This document shows positions 17,268 to 23,967 of a DNA stretch of 23,967 nt, piece after piece. How positions within the stretch are numbered: the stretch's first letter is position 1; every line of letters starts with the position of its first letter. Source of the DNA: Alteromonas naphthalenivorans (GTDB lineage Bacteria; Babelota; Babeliae; Babelales; CAIQNR01); the NCBI GenBank assembly GCA_047631715.1, contig JBLICC010000006.1, positions 1 through 23,967 of the forward strand, given 5' to 3'. The notes beneath the pieces were generated by a model. It did no database searches. It was not told where the DNA came from and saw only the letters and a list, made by a program, of their open reading frames with translations. A program made the position numbers and the translations under genes.

Positions 17268-19076
17268 GTGACCAAAAGAGTTCGTTCAAATTTAAGAAAT
17301 ATTGCTATTATCGCCCATGTTGATCATGGTAAAACAACGCTCGTAGACAAGCTATTGCAACAATCAGGTACTCTTGATGAAGAGAAAACAACCGATCGTG
17401 TGATGGATTCTAACGATATTGAGCGAGAACGTGGTATTACCATTCTTGCTAAAAATACCGGTATTAATTATAAAGATTATCAAATTAACATCGTAGATAC
17501 ACCGGGCCATGCCGACTTTGGTGGAGAAGTTGAACGAACACTACAGATGGTCGAAGGCTTCTTATTATTGGTTGATGCTGCAGAAGGTGTGCTTCCAGGA
17601 ACACGTTTTGTACTACAAAAAGCATTAGCTCTTAATCTAAAACCTATTGTTTTAATTAATAAAATCGACAGACAAGATGCACAAATCGAAGAAACAGAAA
17701 GTCTCATTAACGACCTTTTCTTAGATTTAGCTCTTTCTGATGACCAACTTGATTTCCCAGTTTTATACGGTTCATCAAAATTAGGTTTTGCAAAAGCAAA
17801 AATGACCGACGAATCTGATTCTATGGACCCATTGTTCCAAGCAATCATCGATACTGTTCCAGCTCCTGTAGAACAAACCACTGAAGGTCTACAAATATTG
17901 GTAACCAATATTGATCATTCAGACTTTTTGGGAACTATTGCAGTTGGCCGCGTATTAAGCGGAACACTTAAACTTGGTGGACAATTTGTGTACTGCTACG
18001 ACGACGTTGTTAGTAGACCAATGAAAGTTACCAAGCTTTATAAGTTCCACGGTATTTCTAAATACGAAACAGAGAGCGTTGAATTTGGTGACATTGTGGC
18101 ACTTGCTGGTTGTGATGAGATCGAAATTGGTTCAACCTTATGTTCACCAGACAAACCGTTACCATGTGAATATGTTGCAATCGATGAACCTACATTGTCT
18201 GTATACCTATCTGTTAACGATTCTCCATTTAATGGACAAGAAGGAAAATTACTTTCTTCTCGTGTTATTAAAGATCGTCTAGAAAAAGAATTAAAAATTA
18301 ACGTTGCATTACGTGTAGAACCAACAGACACTCCAAGTTCTTTTAAAGTATCTGGTCGTGGTCAGTTGCATTTGGGCATCTTAATAGAAAACATGCGTCG
18401 TGAAGGTTTTGAACTACAAGTTTCTGCTCCTGAAGTTATTTATAAAACTATCGATGGCAAAAAACACGAACCTATCGAATTTGTAACTATTGATGTTAAC
18501 GAAGAGTACCAAGGTTCTGTTATTCAACATTTGGGAACCCGTAAAGGTGAAATGACCAATCTTGTGCAACTTGGTAGTGGCCGTGTGCGCATGGAGTTTA
18601 CTGTTCCTGCTCGTGGACTACTTGGTTTTAGAGGTCAATTCTTAACCAATACACGTGGAACCGGAATCATGAACTCAACATTCCATGGTTACGAACCATA
18701 TAAAGGTGACATTCCTACACGTATCAAAGGGGCACTTGCTTCTATGGAACGTGGAAAAACAACTGCTTATGCGCTTGATGCGTTGCAAGCACGTGGAGAC
18801 ATGTTCATTGGTTCAGAAGTTGAAGTTTACGAAGGTATGATCGTTGGTGAACATTCACGCGACAACTGCTTAGACGTTAACCCATGTAAAGGTAAAAAGC
18901 TTACCAACATGCGTGCTTCTGGTAGTGATGAATCTGTAAAGATTAAAAACCCACGCTTAATGACACTTGAAATGTGCATGGAGTGGATTCGTCCCGATGA
19001 GTTGATCGAAGTTACTCCTACTGCTATTCGTTTAAGAAAAAAAGTTCTTAAAGCGGGCGCAAGAAAGAAAAAATAA
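17268..19076 (+). CDS. typA: Translational GTPase TypA/BipA
   Basis: [46 protein letters not shown] and [13 protein letters not shown] start with a GGGG SD. Confidence 0.98.
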   Translation: MTKRVRSNLRNIAIIAHVDHGKTTLVDKLLQQSGTLDEEKTTDRVMDSNDIERERGITILAKNTGINYKDYQINIVDTPGHADFGGEVERTLQMVEGFLLLVDAAEGVLPGTRFVLQKALALNLKPIVLINKIDRQDAQIEETESLINDLFLDLALSDDQLDFPVLYGSSKLGFAKAKMTDESDSMDPLFQAIIDTVPAPVEQTTEGLQILVTNIDHSDFLGTIAVGRVLSGTLKLGGQFVYCYDDVVSRPMKVTKLYKFHGISKYETESVEFGDIVALAGCDEIEIGSTLCSPDKPLPCEYVAIDEPTLSVYLSVNDSPFNGQEGKLLSSRVIKDRLEKELKINVALRVEPTDTPSSFKVSGRGQLHLGILIENMRREGFELQVSAPEVIYKTIDGKKHEPIEFVTIDVNEEYQGSVIQHLGTRKGEMTNLVQLGSGRVRMEFTVPARGLLGFRGQFLTNTRGTGIMNSTFHGYEPYKGDIPTRIKGALASMERGKTTAYALDALQARGDMFIGSEVEVYEGMIVGEHSRDNCLDVNPCKGKKLTNMRASGSDESVKIKNPRLMTLEMCMEWIRPDELIEVTPTAIRLRKKVLKAGARKKK

Positions 19077-19098
19077 TTCGATTATTTAAAGTATTCCA

Positions 19099-19134
19099 AA
19101 TAAAAAAGCCGGTGTTAAAGCCGGCTTTTTTATT
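19099..19134. terminator. Bidirectional intrinsic terminator
   Basis: aataaaaaagccgg-tgttaaag-ccggcttttttatt between the convergent typA and 19208..19957 genes. Confidence 0.9.
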
Positions 19135-19207
19135 AACTTAATTCTTATTATTTACATATACGAGTACTAATTTTTTAATCACCATTTTATTCTCTTAACT
19201 ATTTAAC

Positions 19208-19957
19208 TTAACGCGAATACCATTCATACGGAATACCATCTTTATCATCCGAATAATAATCAGGGATTTGATTACTCTTTTGCTGCAAACCTGGATCCGT
19301 CGAATCTGTATTCTTTTGCCATTCACCTTGATTATCAAAATGGCCCACATACTCATCTGTTACAGGATCACGCACTACTTTAGTTGTAGGATCATAATTA
19401 ACATCTCTCCATTTACTACGATCATAAGGCACATGGTTACCTTCATCATTACTCCACCCTAGATCACCATCACCATGAATCAAAGTTGGCGATTTAGCAA
19501 TTGTTGCAAGCAAACCGTGATCTTCTAACAATTGATGAGTACTGGTTTTCATAACTTCTGTCATTGCTGTATTATTCGCATTCTGTTCTGTATATGCACC
19601 TTCTGATGGATCACTTACATTTGATACAATTGATGCCCCTTGCTTAAAGTTAACTGCCTGCCCAGTATCTTTCAATACAGGGCTAAAGCTTACAGATGCT
19701 GTTTTTGTTTTTGCACGATTAAACCTACCCCATAAATTCCATACATTTCTTTTAGGTTCCGGTTTACCAACACTATCTCGATTTGCTTCAAGCTGCTTAC
19801 TTCCTACTGTTGGTTCTGTTGTATTTACTTCTGCTAAGCCATCTCCGCTACCTTCAAGCCCAGTTGTGTTGGAAATATCCATTGCCCATGAGTTTACGGA
19901 TGCACCGAGTATCAATGCTATAAGTACTAATTTTTTTAACTTCATTTTTTTCTCCAT
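19208..19957 (-). CDS. Hypothetical secreted protein
   Basis: Sec-type signal peptide MKLKKLVLIALILGASVNSWA-M followed by a hydrophilic body. The true start may be the second Met. Confidence 0.75.
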   Translation of the reverse strand: MEKKMKLKKLVLIALILGASVNSWAMDISNTTGLEGSGDGLAEVNTTEPTVGSKQLEANRDSVGKPEPKRNVWNLWGRFNRAKTKTASVSFSPVLKDTGQAVNFKQGASIVSNVSDPSEGAYTEQNANNTAMTEVMKTSTHQLLEDHGLLATIAKSPTLIHGDGDLGWSNDEGNHVPYDRSKWRDVNYDPTTKVVRDPVTDEYVGHFDNQGEWQKNTDSTDPGLQQKSNQIPDYYSDDKDGIPYEWYSR

Positions 19958-19964
19958 TTAATTT

Positions 19965-21152
19965 TTAAATTCCAAACGGCTGCTCTTTAGACCGATCAAT
20001 ATTGTCTTCTACTGTATCCATGCGATTATTTATACTCTCTTGATCCGCCGGTTTAAGATTTCTTGCGAATTCTCGTGCTCTCTTTATATGACCTCGTCTT
20101 ATTTCTTCATTCAACGGACCTTTCTTATTAGCTGCCCGTGCATACCGCTCAGCATCTATTTTATTCAGAGTTCGACCCAATGATGATTTAGAAAAAGAAT
20201 CATTTACGCTATTTGAGAAGTCTTGCATATGCCCTATCGCACTATCTCTCAAACCTGTAGCTCGATCTTTCCAACTTCGTGGTTCTTGTGGTTCATTATC
20301 ACCCCTATGCCATCGATCGTTATCTTCTGGATTCTCGCTTAAATCATTTGTAACTTTATTCATGCGAGCATGTATATCGGAATAATTATCGAGCCCTTTC
20401 GCGCTATTAAAAGCTTTTTGTGCATAACGTAATCTTTCTTTATCACTCAAACTTGTGTCTTCGGCGTAATTTGCAGCGTTTTCAGAGTCTGATCTATGCA
20501 TATTATCAACTACATTTTTAGCTGCCCTATTCACGCCATCTCTTGCACTACGACCCAAGTCCCTTGCGCCTTCTAGAGCCTTTCCGCCCCATTTTTTTGC
20601 GCCATCTTTAAGACCATTTGCTTTTTCATTACGCCAATCATTAAAGCGTTCTATTCTTGTCTTTGGTTTGTTTTTATATTTAAAAGATTTTCCTTGTTCA
20701 TCTTTCCATTTATTTTTAAGTTCTGGCATCGACAAGTTAGTTGTTCTTTTCATTTCAGGTGCTAATAGTTCATCGATTGCTGTATTATTTTCACTCGTTA
20801 TAGCTTTTGTAGATAAGTCAGCGCTTGTATTTACGTTTTCTTCAAATTTAGGTGCTGCATTACCTCTAGCTAGAGATTCTGCCGTTCGAGGCCTAGCTAC
20901 CGGTTGTTTCCTAGTATTTGTTGCTTTATCTAAATCACTGTCGCCAGTTGTTTGAGCTGTGCCTTTACCCGATTCTGTTGAGTCTTCCTCTGTTTGTTCA
21001 TGTTGCTCAGCTGCCACGCTATCTTGACCAGACTTTCTCCCTAGCACAGCGTCTGTAAAATGGTCACCTGTTGCAGCTTCTCCTTTCATTGACCATGAAG
21101 TTGTGGCCGTACCGAGTATTAGTGTTACGAGTAAGATTTTTTTTAACTTCAT
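19965..21152 (-). CDS. Hypothetical secreted protein
   Basis: Signal peptide MKLKKILLVTLILGTATTSWS-M with a strong GGAGG/GGAG SD. Charged helical C-terminal half with an apparent internal duplication. Confidence 0.8.
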   Translation of the reverse strand: MKLKKILLVTLILGTATTSWSMKGEAATGDHFTDAVLGRKSGQDSVAAEQHEQTEEDSTESGKGTAQTTGDSDLDKATNTRKQPVARPRTAESLARGNAAPKFEENVNTSADLSTKAITSENNTAIDELLAPEMKRTTNLSMPELKNKWKDEQGKSFKYKNKPKTRIERFNDWRNEKANGLKDGAKKWGGKALEGARDLGRSARDGVNRAAKNVVDNMHRSDSENAANYAEDTSLSDKERLRYAQKAFNSAKGLDNYSDIHARMNKVTNDLSENPEDNDRWHRGDNEPQEPRSWKDRATGLRDSAIGHMQDFSNSVNDSFSKSSLGRTLNKIDAERYARAANKKGPLNEEIRRGHIKRAREFARNLKPADQESINNRMDTVEDNIDRSKEQPFGI

Positions 21153-21184
21153 TGCCGCTCCCTCCCATTTAAATTAACTTATAT

Positions 21185-22537
21185 TTAATATTTATTCTCA
21201 TAAGTATAGTCACCATCAGAATCTATCTGCCATCCTGAATCACTATAATTTGCTTCAGCTGGTTCATTTGTGCCTGCTCCACCTTTAAAACCTCTACCTC
21301 CTACCTTTACTTGTAAACTTCTTCGATTTACCAACTCTTGCATTTTTGAATTAAGCTTATTCAATACTGGTTGAATTTTTTCTTGTTCATTAGGATTTTC
21401 TTTTAACATTTCCATTAATTCTAACTCTTTACTACGAAATCTTTTTATCACATCTCCAATATCTTCAAAATCACTTTGAGCACCCGTTAAGTCTTCTAAA
21501 GGAGTAGTAGCTTCACTCTGTACGCCTACTAACAATCGCTGTTGGTCTTCGGTCAAAGATTGTGCTGGTTCTGGCTGTGCTGCTGGTTCTGGTTGCGCTG
21601 GTTCTACAGGTTGCATTGTATCAAACGTATGATCACCATAAGCCTGCGCCCTATCATCTACAAAACTAGGCCCCGATTGCGCTAATTGAGATTGCATTGC
21701 TGGTTCATCACCACCTGAACCATCTGAATCATCTGAACCATCTGAATCCGTCGATGCTGTGCTATCATGTCTTAATCCTGCATTTTTTACTTCTTGCGGC
21801 ATATCAGAGTAGTTATAAGTAACTTTAGATTGTCCTGTTTTTGGATCATTATACATATAAGCATCACTTTCTCCTGCATCAAGGCTATACGTGCTCGCTT
21901 GTGCTACACTATATCCTGTAGGTTGTTGATAGTCAGCTGGTTCTACATATTGACGTGTTTGAGCATTAGTCTCATTAGCTGGTTCTTGCTTAGAAGTTGA
22001 TCCAGAGCGCCAAGAATTAAATTTCTCTTTCGCATGCTGCCACAAATTCTTACTTTTAGGTTTTACCGGTTCTTTTAATAATTCGTTTGCTACTTCTGCA
22101 TTGTCTTGACCAAATTCTGCTTCTGTTGGTTCAGCATCTGTTTTTACTAAATCTACTTTTGGAGAAGACCTAAAGAAATCTGTAACATGTCTTCCGATAC
22201 TTTTGCCGTTTATACGAGCTCCGGTATATAATTGTTCCCAAGCACTTTGTTTTTTTGCTTGTGGTTGGGCAGCTGTGGCATCTAAATCATCTTCGCCTTG
22301 TGTCCTCGCTACTTCTGCTGTATTTGCCGCATTTGCGTCCCGAGGTATTTTTCTATCTTCTGTTAATGCTGTCTGTTCCTGACCTGCTACTGTTGGTTCA
22401 GGTTCTACATGCGCTGCCCCTGTGCCTGATTTAAATTCTTTGAAGGCATCGACGCCGTCCGCTGCCTGTGTGTTTACTGCTGCACCGAGTATCAGTGTTA
22501 AGAGTAAGATTTTCTTTATTTCCATTTTATTCTCCAT
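21185..22537 (-). CDS. Hypothetical secreted, largely disordered acidic protein
   Basis: Signal peptide MEIKKILLLTLILGAAVNTQA, DSDGS and PAQPEPA repeats, and a C-terminal coiled coil. Confidence 0.8.
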   Translation of the reverse strand: MENKMEIKKILLLTLILGAAVNTQAADGVDAFKEFKSGTGAAHVEPEPTVAGQEQTALTEDRKIPRDANAANTAEVARTQGEDDLDATAAQPQAKKQSAWEQLYTGARINGKSIGRHVTDFFRSSPKVDLVKTDAEPTEAEFGQDNAEVANELLKEPVKPKSKNLWQHAKEKFNSWRSGSTSKQEPANETNAQTRQYVEPADYQQPTGYSVAQASTYSLDAGESDAYMYNDPKTGQSKVTYNYSDMPQEVKNAGLRHDSTASTDSDGSDDSDGSGGDEPAMQSQLAQSGPSFVDDRAQAYGDHTFDTMQPVEPAQPEPAAQPEPAQSLTEDQQRLLVGVQSEATTPLEDLTGAQSDFEDIGDVIKRFRSKELELMEMLKENPNEQEKIQPVLNKLNSKMQELVNRRSLQVKVGGRGFKGGAGTNEPAEANYSDSGWQIDSDGDYTYENKY

Positions 22538-22731
22538 TTTGCCGTTTCCGGCGGTTATTTAGCTTTATTTACTATAGATTTTAAAATAACAATTATGAGT
22601 ACCCAAAAGCAAGAGTTTGTTATCCTAGAGCTAGGATTGAGCTTATTTTATTTTTATATGAGCTTATTTATTTTTTGATAATTAAATGAGATACGCTGCC
22701 CGCAGGGGGTGGCTTCCCCAGCCAGGGAATG

Positions 22732-23070
22732 CACTCCCCGTGCAGGGCAAAAGGGGTGCTCGTCCACCCCTTTTAAATCGAGACTCAAACCTAAAGCGGC
22801 TTGACCGCCTTGCGCTGAAAAAGTCGAACACGCTGCTTTGCAGCTCAGATCGCCATTCCAACGCGGTTCAGACTTTAACCAATCTAAATAAACTCGCGCT
22901 TGTATGTATTAATAAAAAGTCCCAATCAGGGGCGTCTGGGCGACATGAGCCGCAAGCGTAGCGAAGGCGAAGTCAGACCATCGACCCGTTAAAGCGATTA
23001 AACTGCAGGTTTATCTCCTGGGTTCCAAGGGGGGTAGAGAAGTACCCCCATTGGCCCTGCACGGGGAGTG
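22732..23070. other. GC-rich foldback element (candidate structured ncRNA or MITE/REPIN-like element)
   Basis: Perfect 17-bp terminal inverted repeat cactccccgtgcagggc / gccctgcacggggagtg, with diverged inverted arms of about 125-135 nt. Confidence 0.65.
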
Positions 23071-23110
23071 GATCACTTTGATTATTCTAGCTAAAAAAAT
23101 GTTAGCAGCC

Positions 23111-23138
23111 TTGACTAAGATTTTTTGAGCGGTACACT
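23111..23138 (+). promoter_or_regulatory. Putative sigma70 promoter of dnaK
   Basis: TTGACT-N16-TACACT. Confidence 0.55.
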
Positions 23139-23168
23139 ATCTTCAGAATTGAAATTCACGCTTATGTT

Positions 23169-23967
<799 letters not shown>

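Noticed and set aside
22686..22961. 91-aa ORF on the plus strand
   Set aside because: It overlaps the GC-rich foldback element, has no SD and has atypical composition.
22948..22975. gagccg... as group II intron domain V
   Set aside because: It lacks the complementary ...cggttc closing strand and domain VI, and no RT gene is present.
23102..23128. TTAGCAGCC as a CIRCE left arm upstream of dnaK
   Set aside because: There is no GAGTGCTAA-like right arm 9 nt later.

Overview
This is an AT-rich bacterial chromosomal window. The secreted-protein style and transporter expansions suggest a host-associated lineage such as Ca. Dependentiae/TM6, but that is an inference only. On the minus strand the left half carries three tandem EamA/DMT transporters, rny, zapA, a zapB-like gene, rplT, rpmI, infC, recA, a PpiD/SurA-like chaperone, a SPOR-like membrane protein, miaA and carD. 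Next come two tandem Wzx/MOP-like flippase paralogs (+) and a secreted delta-60-type beta-propeller built from 174-nt tandem repeats, whose expected start codon reads AAG (-). A 1.2 kb unusual intergenic region follows, then typA/bipA (+), three tandem paralogous secreted orphan proteins (-) and the 5' part of dnaK (+). The most interesting signals are non-coding. (i) About 10 copies of a dispersed ~45-nt REP-like repeat, with conserved ends and a covarying inner hairpin, mostly in inverted pairs; one copy carries a nested insertion and one pair sits in the dnaK leader. (ii) A ~340-nt GC-rich foldback element closed by a perfect 17-bp inverted repeat. (iii) A ~275-nt tract in which strand composition flips from almost C-free to almost A-free around a central CAATTG, with G-tracts on one side and GC hairpins on the other.
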